This document shows positions 1 through 12,800 of a stretch of DNA of 14,463 bases, piece after piece. The translations under genes were made by a program, and so were the position numbers. The notes under the pieces are model-generated. The model saw only the letters and a list, made by a program, of their open reading frames with translations. It ran no database searches and was not told the origin of the DNA. This stretch comes from Nitrosopumilus sp. (GTDB lineage: Archaea > Thermoproteota > Nitrososphaeria > Nitrososphaerales > Nitrosopumilaceae): the NCBI GenBank assembly GCA_965218695.1, contig CBDCLR010000006.1, positions 1-14,463 of the forward strand. The letters are read 5' to 3'. The first letter of the stretch is position 1, and each line of letters begins with the position of its first letter.

Positions 1-820
1 AGTAGGTTATATCCGGCCTGTCGGATGTGGTGATGCCGGAGACGGTAAGGGTTATGGTGTCGTCCGAACCGGCGGGATCAGAGTTTGCCGACACCGTTCC
101 GACAGATAGGGTGAATCCTTCGCCGTTTGTGGTTGTGACGTCTATGTTCTCGCTGTACGTCAGGACTATCTCGGTAAGGGAGGTCACGGCAGCCGCGGTG
201 ATTGTTGGCGGGGTGGTGTCCGGCAGCGGGGTGGTGCCGGTAAAGGTCTGGTCTGCTGCCGGGTTTGATGCGCCGTCTGTCACGGAGCCATCAGACTCGG
301 TATAAGTCACGTTTGGAGCATCGGATGCGGTGATGCCTGAGACGGTAAGGGTTATGGTGTCGTCCGAACCCGCGGGATCAGTATTTGCCGTCACCGTTCC
401 GGTGGAAAGGGTAAATCCTTCGCCGTTTGTGGTTGTGACGCCTATGTCCTCGCTGTACGTCAGGAGTATCTCGGTAAGGGAGGTCACGGCAGCTGCGGTG
501 ATTGTTGGTGGAATAGTATCCGGCAGCGGGGTGGTGCCGGTAAAGGTCTGGCTCGCTGCAGGGTTTGATGCGGTGTCTGCCACGGTGCCATCAGACTCGG
601 TGTAAGTCACGTCTGGAGCATCGGACGCGGTGATGCCGGAGACGGTAAGTGTTATGGTGCTGTCCGAATTGTCGGGATCAGTATTTGCCGTCACCGTTCC
701 GGTGGAAAGGGTAAATCCTTCGCCGTTTGTGGTTGTGACGCCTATGTCCTCGCTGTACGTCAGGAGTATCTCGGTAAGGGAGGTCACGGCAGCTGCGGTG
801 ATTGTTGGTGGAATGGTGTC
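1..820 (-). repeat. Tandem type A domains A16, A17 and partial A18, exact 300-nt period
   Basis: Markers at 41, 341 and 641; 373-514 is identical to 673-814. Confidence 0.9.
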
Positions 821-3800
821 TGATGGAATGTTGTTTGTGACCAACATTGCCGCAAAGCTGGCAAGCGAGTTTGGCTGCGGATGCAAAGTAAATGGCTCTG
901 ATAGCGCGTACTCTAATACGTTATCGTTACCAGTATCCACAACAAACATCTTGTATCCGTCATTAGAGAAGGCCAGGCCTGTCGGGGAGTTGTCTTGTGA
1001 ATCTATTTGGAAGGAGCCGACAAAGGTGACATCCGATACGCCGGTGACATTGGATATGTCAAAGGGGGTGGCTAGCGCGTACTCGTTTACGTCTCTACTG
1101 GTAAAACCTACGACAAACATCTTTGTTCCGTCAGCAGAGAAGGTCAGGCCTGTCGGGGCTTCGACTTCTGATGCCACTGAGAAAGAGTCGACGATGGAGG
1201 AAGTGGATACGTCAAAGGGGGTGGTCAGCGTGTACTCGTGTACGGCATCGGGAGAGAAACCTGCGACAAACATCTTTGTTCCGTCAGCAGAGAAGGCCAC
1301 GTCTCGGAGAATTGTGTCTTGTAAGGATACTGAGAAGGAGCTGTCATAGGTGGCAGTGGATACGTCAAAGGGGGTGGCTAGCGCGTACTCGTATATGTCA
1401 TTGTCAAAATTACCTGCGACAAACATCTTTGTTCCGTCAGCAGAGAAGGCCAGGCCTGTCGGGGATTGGTCCTGTGAGAGTACTGAGAAAGAGCCGGCAA
1501 AGGTGACATTGGATACGTCAAAGGGGGTGGTTAGCGCGTACTCTAATACGTCAGTGCTGGAAAAACCTACGACAAACATCTTTGTTCCGTCAGCAGAGAA
1601 GGCCAGGCCTGTCGGGGAGTTGTCTTGTGAATCTACCGAGAAGGAGCCGACAAAGGACGGAGGAGCAGCAGCAGGAATGTCATCTATGCTACCCGTGGTT
1701 TTGTCGTATGCCAGATTGATGACATCATTACTATCAAGCACACTGCTGAGGGCAAGGGTGACCGTGTCGGCAGCGGCCGTGATTCCAGTCACGGTAGGAT
1801 TTGTGGATATGGTGCCGGATAGCGCAAAGTCTCCGGGTGCCGCACCGTTTATTGTGACGTCTTCGGACAGTACGACGTCAATTGTCGATGTGCTGGAAGT
1901 TTCGATGGAAGATACCGTTGGCGGCGCGTCATCTACTGTACGGTCAAAGGTCTGGTTTGCTGCCGGGTTTGATGCGGTGTCTGCCACGGTGCCAAGTGAA
2001 TCGGTGTAGGTTATATCTGGAGTATCGGATGTGTTGGTGATGCCGGAGACGGTAAGGGTTATGGTGTTGTCCGAACCGGCGGGATCAGAGTTTGCCGTCA
2101 CTTCCCCGACGGAGAGGGTGAATCCTTCGCCGTTTGTGGTTGTGACGTCTATGTCCTCGCTGTACGTCAGGACTATCTCGGTAAGGAAGGTCACGGCAGC
2201 CGCGGTGATTGTTGGTGGAATGGTGTCCGGCAGCGGGGTGGTGCCGGTAAAGGTCTGGTCTGCTGCAGGGTTTGATGCGGTGTCTGCCACGGTGCCATCA
2301 GACTCGGTGTAAGTCACGTTTGGAGTATCAGATGTGGTAATACCGGAGACGGTAAGGGTTATGGTGCTGTCCGAATTGTCGGGATCAGTATTTGCCGACA
2401 CCGTTCCGGTGGAAAGGGTAAATCCTTCGCCGTTTGTGGTTGTGACGTCTATGTTCTCGCTGTACGTCAGGAGTATCTCGGTAAGGGAGGTCACGGCAGC
2501 TGCGGTGATTGTTGGTGGAATAGTATCCGGCAGCGGGGTGGTGCCGGCAAAGGTCTGGTCTGCTGCCGGGTTTGATGCGGTGTCTGCCACGGTGCCATCA
2601 GACTCGGTGTAAGTCACGTTTGGAGCATCGGATGTGGTAATACCGGAGACGGTAAGGGTTATGGTGCTGTCCGAATTGTCGGGATCAGTATTTGCCGTCA
2701 CCGTTCCGGTGGAAAGGGTGAATCCTTCGCCGTTTGTGGTTGTGACGTCTATGTTCTCGCTGTACGTCAGGACTATCTCGGTAAGGGAGGTCACGGCAGC
2801 TGCGGTGATCTCTGGTGGAATAGTATCCGGCAGCGGGGTGGTGCCGGTAAAGGTCTGGCTCGCTGCCGGGTTTGATGCGCTGCCTGTCACGGAGCCATCA
2901 GATTCGGTGTAAGTCACGTTTGGAGCATCGGATGCGGTGATGCCTGAGACGGTAAGGGTTATGGTGCTGTCCGAATTGTCGGGATCAGTATTTGCCGACA
3001 CTGTTCCGACAGATAGGGTGAATCCTTCGCCGTTTGTGGTTGTGACGTCTATGTTCTCGCTGTACGTCAGGACTATCTCGGTAAGGGAGATCACGGTAGC
3101 CGCGGTGATTGTTGGCGGGGTGGTGTCTGATGGAATGTTGTTTGTGACTGACATTGCCGCAAAGCTGGCAAGGGAGTTTGGCTGTTGGAATAACGTAAAT
3201 GGTTCAGATAGCGCGTACTGGTGTACGTTCTCGCCGAAATTACCCAAGACAAATATCCTCGTTCCGTCAGCAGAGAGGGCCAGGCCTTGCGGGAATGTGT
3301 CTTGTGATGCCACTGAGAAAGAGTCGACAAAGGCGGCAGTGGACACGTCAAAGGCGGGGGTTAGCGCGTACCCGTATACGGCATCGTTAGAACTACCCAC
3401 TACAAACATCCTAGTTCCGTCAGCAGAGAAGGCCAGGCCTCGCGGGGATATGTCTTGTGATGACACGGAGAAAGAGTCGACAAAGGTGACATCCGATGTG
3501 CCGGCGACATTCGATACGTCAAAGGGGGCGGATAGCGTGTACTCGTTTATGTCATCGCCAGCACCGCCCAAGACAAACATCTTTGTTCCGTCACCAGAGA
3601 AGGCCATGTCTAGCGGGAGTATGTCTTGTGATGCCACTGAGAAAGAGTCGACAAAGGAGGCAGTGGACACGTCAAAGGCGGCGGATAGTGTGTACTCGTT
3701 TATGTTATTGTCGAAACTACCCACAACAAACATCTTTGTTCCGTCAGCAGAGAAGGCCAGGCCTGTCGGGAGTGTGTCTTGTGAACCTACTGAGAAAGAG

Positions 3801-6800
3801 TCGACAAAGGAGGCAGTGGATACGTCAAAGGCGGCGGTTAGTGTGTACTGGTGTACGGCATCGTTATCTCTACCACTACCAGTACCCACTACAAACATCC
3901 TTGTTCCGTCATTAGAGAAGGCCAGGCCGGTTGATCCCGAGTCTTGTATACCTACTGGGAAGGAGCCGACAAGGGGCGGAAGAGGGATGTCATCTATGCT
4001 GCCCGTGGCCTTGGTGTATGCCAGGAAGATGGCATCATTGCTGTCAAGCGTATCGTCAAGGGCAAGGGCTACCGCGTTGTTTGCAACAGCGGTGATTCCG
4101 GTCACGGCCGGGTCTGTGGATATGGTGCCGGACAGCGCAAAGTCTTCCGGTGCCGCATCGTTTATTGTGACGTTTTCGGACAGCACGATGTTAATTGTTG
4201 ATGTGCCGGCAGTTGCAACGGAGGACACGGTTGGAGGCGCGTTATCGGTTGTGCCGGTAAAGGTCTGGCTTGCTGCCGAGGTTGATGCACTGCTGCCTGT
4301 CACGGTGCCGGATTCCGCAGAGTAGGTTATGTCCGGCCTGTCGGATGTTGTGATGCCGGAGACGGTAAGTGTTATGGTGTTGTCCGAATTGTCGGGATCA
4401 GAGTTTGCCGACACCGTTCCTCCGACAGATAGGGTGAATCCTTCGCCGTTAGTGGTTGTGACGTCTATGTTCTCGCTGTACGTTAGGACTATCTCGGTAA
4501 GGGAGGTCACGGCAGCCGCGGTGATTGTTGGGGCAACGGTGTCTAGCGGTACAATGTTGTTTTTGACCGACATTGCCGCAAAGCTGGCAAGCGAGTTTGG
4601 CTGCGGGAATAGCGTAAATGGCTCTGACAGCGCGTACTCGTATACGGCATTGCTGTCATTTTCCAGAACAAACATCCTTGTTCCGTCATCAGAGAAGGCC
4701 AGGGCTGTCAGGGTGAATCTCTGTGATGACACGGAGAAGGAGTCGACAAAGGAGGCAGTGGACACGTCAAATGGGGAGGTTAATGCGTACTTGATTACGG
4801 CATCGTTGTCAGAAGACGAAACAAACATCTTGGTTCCGTCATCAGAGAAAGCCAGACCCTGCGGGGATGGTGCGTGTGATGCCACTGAGAAAGAGTCGAC
4901 AAAGGTGACAGTGGATACGTCAAAGGGGCCATTTAGTGTGTACTCGTTTACGTAACTGTCACCGCCGAAAATATCCAGAACAAACATCTTTGTTCCGTCG
5001 TTGGAGAAGGCCAGACTCCGCGGGGATATATCCGTTTGAGATACTTGGAAAGAGTCGACAAAGGAGGAAGTGGATACGTCAAATGGGGCGGTTAGCGTGT
5101 ACTCGTGTACGTCATTGCTGACAAGACCTATGACAAACATCTTTGTTCCGTTAGCAGAGAAGGCCAGGTCTGCCGGGAATGTGTCTTGTGAGTCTACTGA
5201 GAAAGAGTCGACAAAGGAGGCAGTGGATATGTCAAATGGGGCGGATAGCGCGTACTCGTTTATGTCAATGCCGGCAAAACCTACGACAAACATCTTTGTT
5301 CCGTCATCAGAGAAGGCCAGGCCTGTCGGAGTGGTGTCTTGTGAAGCCACCGAGAAAGAGCCGACAAAGGACGGAGGAGCAAGAATGTCATCTATGCTGC
5401 CCGTGGCTTTGGCGTATGCCAGGCTGATGACATCATTACTGTCAAGCGTATCATTGAGGGTAAGGGTGACCGTGTCGGCAAGGACCGTGATTCCGGTCAC
5501 GGCCTGGTCTGTGGATATGGTGCCGGACAGCGCAAAGTCTTCCGGTGCCACAGAGTTGACTGTAACATTTTCGGACAGCACGACGTCAATTGCCGATCTG
5601 CCGGCAGTTGCAATGGAGGACACGGTTGGCGGCGCGTCATCAGTTGTGCCGGCAAAGGTCTGGTCTGCTGCCGGGTTTGATGCGGTGTCTGCCACGGTGC
5701 CAAGTGGAGCGATGTAGGTTATAGCTGGAGTATCGGATGTGCTGGTGATGCCGGAGACGGTAAGGGTTATGGTGTCGTCCGAACCGGTGGGATCAGAGTT
5801 TGCCGTCACTTCCCCGACGGAGAGGGTGAATCCTTCGCCGTCTATCGTTGTGACGTTTACATTCTCATCATACGTCAGGACTATCTCGGTAAGGGAGGTC
5901 ACGGCAGCCGCGGTGATTGTTGGTGGAACGGTGTCCGGCAGCGGGGTGATGCCGGTAAAGGTCTGGCTCGCTGCAGGGTTTGATGCGCTGTCTGTCACGG
6001 AGCCATCAGACTCGGTGTAAATCACGTTTGGAGTATCGGATGCGGTGATGCCGGAGACGGTAAGGGTTATGGTGTTGCTCGAATTGTCGGGATCAGTATT
6101 TGCCGACACCGTTCCGACGGAGAGAGTGAATCCTTCGCCGTCCGTGGTTGTGACGTCAACGTTCTCGCTGTACGTCAGGACTATCTTGGTAAGGGAGGTC
6201 ACGGCAGCCGCGGTGATTGTTGGTGGAACGGTATCTATTGGGGGATCAATGTCATCGGGTGGTGGTGTCGGTGCAATGTTGTTTGCAACTGACATTGCCG
6301 CAAAGCTGGCAAGGGAATTTGGCTGTGGGAATAGCGTAAATGGTTCTGATAGCGCGTACTCGTTTACGGCAGTTTTACTATCACCTAGAACAAACATCCT
6401 TATTCCGTCAGCAGAGAAGGCCAGGCCCTTTGGGGAGTTGTCCTGTGCTGCCACGGAGAAAGAGTCGACAAAGGTGACATTGGATATGTCAAATGGGGCG
6501 GATAGCGCGTACTCGTTTACGTCATCGCCGGAAGTACCTACAACAAACATCCTTGTTCCGTCATCAGAGAAGGCCAGATCCCATGGAGTTATTTCTTGTG
6601 ATGCCACTGGGAAGGAGCTGGTAAAGGTGGCAGTGGGCACGTCAAAGGCGGTGGTTAATGCGTACTGGTATACGGCATTGGCAGCATTACCCACTACAAA
6701 CATCTTTGTTCCGTTAGCAGAGAAGGCCAGGCCTGTGGGGATTTCGTCTTGTGAAGCCACTGAGAAAGAGCTGGTAAAGTTGACATTGGATATGTCAAAG

Positions 6801-9800
6801 GGGGCGGATAGCGCGTACTGGAATACGGCATTAGCAACATTACCCACTACAAACATCTTTGTTCCGTCATTGGAGAAGGCCAGGCCTCGCGGATTCAAAT
6901 TCTGTAAATGTAGTGAGAAGTCGTTGACAAAGTCGGCAGTAGATACGTCAAAGGGGGCGGATAGTACGTACTGGTATACGGCATTGCCAATATCACCCAC
7001 TACAAACATCCTGGTACCGTCATTGGAGAAGGCCAAACCTCGTGGGAATTCGTCTTGTGATGCCACTGGGAAAGAGTCGGTAAAGGACGGAGGAACAAGA
7101 ATGTCATCTATGCTGCCTATTGTTTTGTCGTATGCCAGGCTGATGACATCATCATGAGCAAGCGTGTCGTTAAGGGCAAGGGTGACCGTGTCGGCAACGG
7201 CGGTGATTCCAGTCACGGCCAGGTCTGCGGATATGGTGCCGGACAGCACAAAGTCTTCGGGTGCCGTACCGTTTATTGTGACGTCTTCGGACAGTACGAT
7301 GTCAATTGCATTTGTCGATGTGCTATTAGTTGCAATGGAAGATACCGTTGGAGGCGCGTCATCGGTTGTGCCGGTAAAGGTCTGGTTTGCTGCCGGGGTT
7401 GATGCACTGCTGTCTGTCACGGTGCCGGATTCCGCAGAGTAGGTTATATTCGGCCTGTCGGATGTTGTGATGCCGGAGACGGTAAGGGTTATGGTGTCGT
7501 CCGAACCGGCGGGATCGGTGTTTGCCGACACCGTTCCTCCGTCAGAGAGGGTGAATCCTGTGCCGTCCGTGGCGTTGACGTCTATGTTCTCGCTGTACGT
7601 CAGGGTTATGCTGGTAGCCGAGGTCACGGCAGCTGCGGTGATTTCCGGCGGTAGTGGCGGTGTCGATGCAACGTTGTTTGTGACCGACATTGCCGCAAAG
7701 GATGCAAGGGAATTTGGCTGCGGAAGCAGGTCAAACGGCTTTGATAATGCGTACTGGTGTACTTTATCGGAACTAGTGCCTACGACAAACATCCTGGATC
7801 CGTCATCGGAGAAGGCCACGGATTGCGGGAGTAAATCTTGTGATGCCACTCGGAAGGAGCCGGCAGGGGCGGCAGTGGACACGTCAAAGGGAACGGACAG
7901 TGCGTACTGGTATACGACTCTGCTGGCAGGATCTACAACAAACATCCTTGTTCCGTCATCAGAGAATGTCAGGCCTGATGGGGAACTGTTTTCTGATGGT
8001 AATGAGAAAGAGCCGGCAACGCCTGCAAAAGATATGTCAAAGGTGGCGGTTAGCGAGTACGCGTATACGGCATCGTTACGGTTGCCTGTAACAAACATCT
8101 TTCTTCCGTCATTGGAGAGGGCCACGTCTCGCGGATCTGAATCTTGTGGTGCCACTGGGAAGGAGCTGTCAAAGGAGGCAGTGGACACGTCAAATGGGGC
8201 GGCCAGCACGTACTGGTGTACGGCATCGTTATCAGAATCCACAACATACATCCCGGTTCCGTTAGCAGAGAAGGTCAGGCCCTGCGGTCTGAATGTAATG
8301 CCTTCCGATGTCACCACTGCGAAACTGTCGATAAATACGGCATTGGATGATATGTCAAAGGGGACAGCCAGCGAGTACTCGTTTACGTTATTGTTGTTAC
8401 CACCTACGACAAACATCTTTGTTCCGTCAGCGGAGAAGGCCAGGCCTGATGGCACAGTATCCTGATCTGATACTGGGAAAGAGTCCACAAATAGCGGAGG
8501 AGGAAGAGGAGCAGAGACGTCATCTATGCTACCCGTGGTTCTGGTGTATGCCAGGCTGATGACATCATCATGATCAAGGTTATCGTCAAGGGAAAGGGTG
8601 ACCGTGTCGGCAACGGCCGAGATTGCAGTCACGGTCGGATTCGTGGATATGGTGCCGGACAGCACAAAGTCTTCAGGTGCCGCCAAGTTGTATGCGATAT
8701 TTTCGGACAGCGTGACGTCAATTGTCGTTGTGCCGGCAGTATTAATGGAGGATACGACCGGAGGCGCACCGTCAACCGTATCGACAAAGGTCTGGGTTCG
8801 TGCCGGGTTTAATGTATTGTCTGTCACGATACCGGGCGGAGAGTTGAAAATTATATTTGGAGTATCGGATGTGCTGGTGATGCCGGAGACCGTAAGGGTT
8901 ATGGTGTTGTCCGTACCACCGGCGGAAACGGTGTTTGCCGTCACCGTTCCTCCTTCGGTGGAGAGGGCAAATCCCGTGCCGTCCGTGTAGTCGACGATTA
9001 TATCCTCGCTGTACGTCAGGACTATCTCGGTAAGGGAGGTCACAACAGCTGCGGTGATCTCCGGTGGAACGGTGTCCGGCAGCGTGGTGGTGCCGTCAAA
9101 GGTCTGGTCTGCTGCCGGGTTTGATGCGGTATCTGCCACGGTGTTGCCAGCTGATGCGGAGTAAATTATATCCGGAGGAGTACCGTCAGATGATGCCGGG
9201 ATGCCGGAGACGACAAGCGTTATGGTGTCGCTTGAACCTCCGGGATCGGTGTTTGCCGTCACTAACCCGACAGAGAGGGAGAATCCCGTGCCGTCTGTGT
9301 AGTCGACGTCTATGTCCTCGCTGTACGTCAGGACTATCTGGGTATCCGAGATCACAACAGCTGCGGTGATTGTTGGTGGAATAGTATCCGGCAGCGCCGT
9401 GGTACCAGTAAAGGTCTGGCTCGCTGCAGGGTTTGATGCGCCGTCTGTCACGGAGCCATCAGACTCGGTGTAAGTCACGTTTGGAGCATCGGATGCGGTG
9501 ATGTCGGAGACGGTAAGGGTTATGGTGTCGTCCGAACCTGCGGGATCAGAGTTTGCCGTCACCGTTCCGACAGATAGGGTAAATCCTTGGCCGTCCGTCG
9601 TTGTGACGTTAACGTTCTCGCTGTACGTCAGGACTATCTCGGTAAGGGAGGTCACGGCAGCCGCGGTGATTGTTGGTGGAACGGTGTCCGGCAGCGGGGT
9701 GGTGCCAGTAAAGGTCTGGCTTGCTGCCGGGTTTGATGCGCTGTCTGTCACGGTGCCGTCAGACTCGGTGTAAGTCACGTTTGGAGTATCGGACGCGGTG

Positions 9801-12800
9801 ATGCCGGAGACGGTAAGGGTTATGGTGTTGCCCGAACCGGCGGGATCAGAGTTTGCCGTCACTTCCCCGACGGAGAGGGTGAATCCTTCGCCGTTTGCGG
9901 CGTTGATGTCAACGTTCTCGCTGTACGTCAGGACTATCTCGGTAAGGGAGGTCACGGCAGCTGCGGTGATTTCCGGCGGGGTCGTGTCTGGTGGAATGTT
10001 GTTTGTAACCGGATCTGCCGCAAAGCTTGCAAGCGAGTTTGGCTGTGGGAATAGCGTAAATGGCTTTGATAGTGTGTACTCGTTTATGTCATCATTATCA
10101 TTGCCTACGACAAACATCCTAGTTCCATCGCCAGAGAAGGCCAGGCCTCGCGGATTTTCGTCTTCTGATGCCACTGAGAAAGAGCTGACAGGGGCGGCAG
10201 TGGATACGTCAAAGGGGGCGGACAGCGCGTACTCGTTTACGTCATCGCCAATAAGACCTACGACAAACATCCTAGTTCCGTCGCCAGAGAAGGCCAGGCC
10301 CGATGGGAACGTGTCTTGTGAAGCCACTGAGAAAGAGCTGTCAAAGGTGGCAGTAGATATGTCAAAGGGGACAATCAGTACGTACTCGTTTACTTTACCG
10401 CTAATAGTACCTAGGACAAACATCTTTTTTCCGTCGTTGGAGAAGGCCAGGCCTGATGGGAACCTCTCTTGTGAAGCCACTGAGATGGAGTTGGCAAGGG
10501 TGGCATCGGATATGTCAAATGGGGCGGATAGCGTGTACTCGTTTACCTTACCGTTAGAATCACCTACGACAAACATCCTAGTTCCGTCACCAGAGAAGGC
10601 CAGGCGTGATGGGGACGTGTCTTGTGAGGATACTGAGAAAGAGCCGGCAAAGACGGCATTGGATATGTCAAATGGGGCGGATAGCGCGTACTCGTTTACG
10701 TCATCTCCACCAAGATCTAGAACAAACATCTTTGTTCCGTTATTGGAGAAGGCCAGGTCTGATGTATTCTCTCCTTGTAAAGCCACTGAGAGGGAGTTGG
10801 TAAAGGACGTGAGAGCAAGAATGTCATCTATGCTGCCCGTGTCTTTGGCGTATGTCAGATTGATGTCATCATTACTATCAAGCGTATCACTGAGGGCAAG
10901 GGTGACCGTGTCGGCAGCGGCGGCCGTGATTCCAGTCACGGTCGGGTTTGTGGATATGGTGCCGGACAGCGCAAAGTCTTCGGGTGCCGCAGAGTTGACT
11001 GTGACGTCTTCGGACAGCACGACGTCAATTGTTGATGCACTGGAAATTTCGATAGAAGATACGGTTGGCGGCGCGTCATCTACTGTGCGGTCAAAGGTCT
11101 GGTCTTTTGCGGCATTTGAGGCGCCGTCTACCACGGTGCCATCAGATTCGATATAAGTCACATCCGGAGTATCGGATGTGTTGGTAATGCCGGAGACCGT
11201 AAGGGTTATGGTGTTGCCCGAACCTGCGGGATCGGTGTTTGCCGTCACGTCTCCGTCAGAGAGGGTGAATCCTGCGCCGTCCATGGCGTCGACGTCAACG
11301 TTCTCGCTGTACGTCAGGACTATGCTGGTAGCCGAGGTTACAGAGGATGCGGTAATTGTTGGGGCAACGGTATCTGGTGGAATGTTGTTTGTAACCGGAT
11401 CTGCCGCAAAGCTGGCAAGCGAGTTTGGCTGTGGTAACAAGTTAAATGGTTTGGGCAGCACGTACTCGTTTATGTCATCGTTAAAATCACCCAGGACAAA
11501 CATCCTTGTTCCGTCGCCAGAGAAGGCCAGGCCTGATGGGGATCTGTCTTGTGAGGCCACTGGGAAAGAGTTGGCAAGGGTGACATTGGATACGTCAAAG
11601 GGGGCGGCCAGTGCGTACTCGTGTACGGCATCGTTAAAATTACCTACAACGAACATCCTTGTTCCGTCGCCAGAGAAGGCCAGGTCTCGTGGGAATGTGT
11701 CTTCTGATGCCACTGAGAAAGAGCCGACAAAGGAGGAAGTCGATACGTCAAAGGGAGCGGTTAGCGCGTACTCGTTTACGGCATCGCCAAGATCACCTAC
11801 AACAAACATCCTTGTTCCGTTGTTGGAGAAGGCCAGGCCTGATAGGAATACGTCTTGTGAATCCACTGAGAAAGAGTCCACAAAGATGACATTGGATATG
11901 TCAAAGGGGGTGGACAGTATGTACTCGTTTACGTCATTGCCTTCATCGCCTAGGACAAACATCCTTGTTCCGTCGCCAGAGAAGGCCAGACCTTGTGGGA
12001 GTGTGTCTTGTGATACCACTGAGAAAGTGTTGACAAGGGTGACATTGGATACGTCAAAGGGGGCGGATAGCGCGTACTCGTTTACGGCATCTCTATCAAG
12101 ATCTAGAACAAACATCTTTTTTCCGTCAGCGGAGAAGGCCAGGCCTGATAGATCCGTTCCTTGTGGAGCCACTGAGAAGGAGCTGGCAAAGAATGAAAGA
12201 AGAATGTCATCTATGCTGCCCGTGTTTCTGTCGTATTCCAGGTTGATGTCATCATTACTATCAAGCGTATCACTGAGGGCAAGGATAACCGTGTCGGCAA
12301 GGATGGGGGTGATTCCAGTCACGGTCGGGTTTGTGGATATGGTGCCGGACAGCGCAAAGTCTCCGGGTGCTACAGAGTTTACTGTGACGTCTTCGGACAG
12401 CACGACGTTAATTGTCGATGTGCTGGAAGTTTCGATAGAAGATACGGTTGGCGGCGCGTCATCCACTGTGCGGTCAAAGGTCTGGTCTTTTGCGGCATTT
12501 GAGACGCCGTCTACCACGGTGCCATCAGATTCGATATAAGTCACATCCGGAGTATCGGATGTGTTGGTAATGCCGGAGACCGTAAGGGTTATGGTGTTGC
12601 CCGAACCTGCGGGATCGGTGTTTGCCGTCACGTCTCCGTCAGAGAGGGTGAATCCTGCGCCGTCCATGGCGTCGACGTCAACGTTCTCGCTGTACGTCAG
12701 GACTATGCTGGTAGCCGAGGTTACAGAGGATGCGGTAATTGTTGGGGCAACGGTATCTGGTGGAATGTTGTTTGTAACCGGATCTGCCGCAAAGCTGGCA

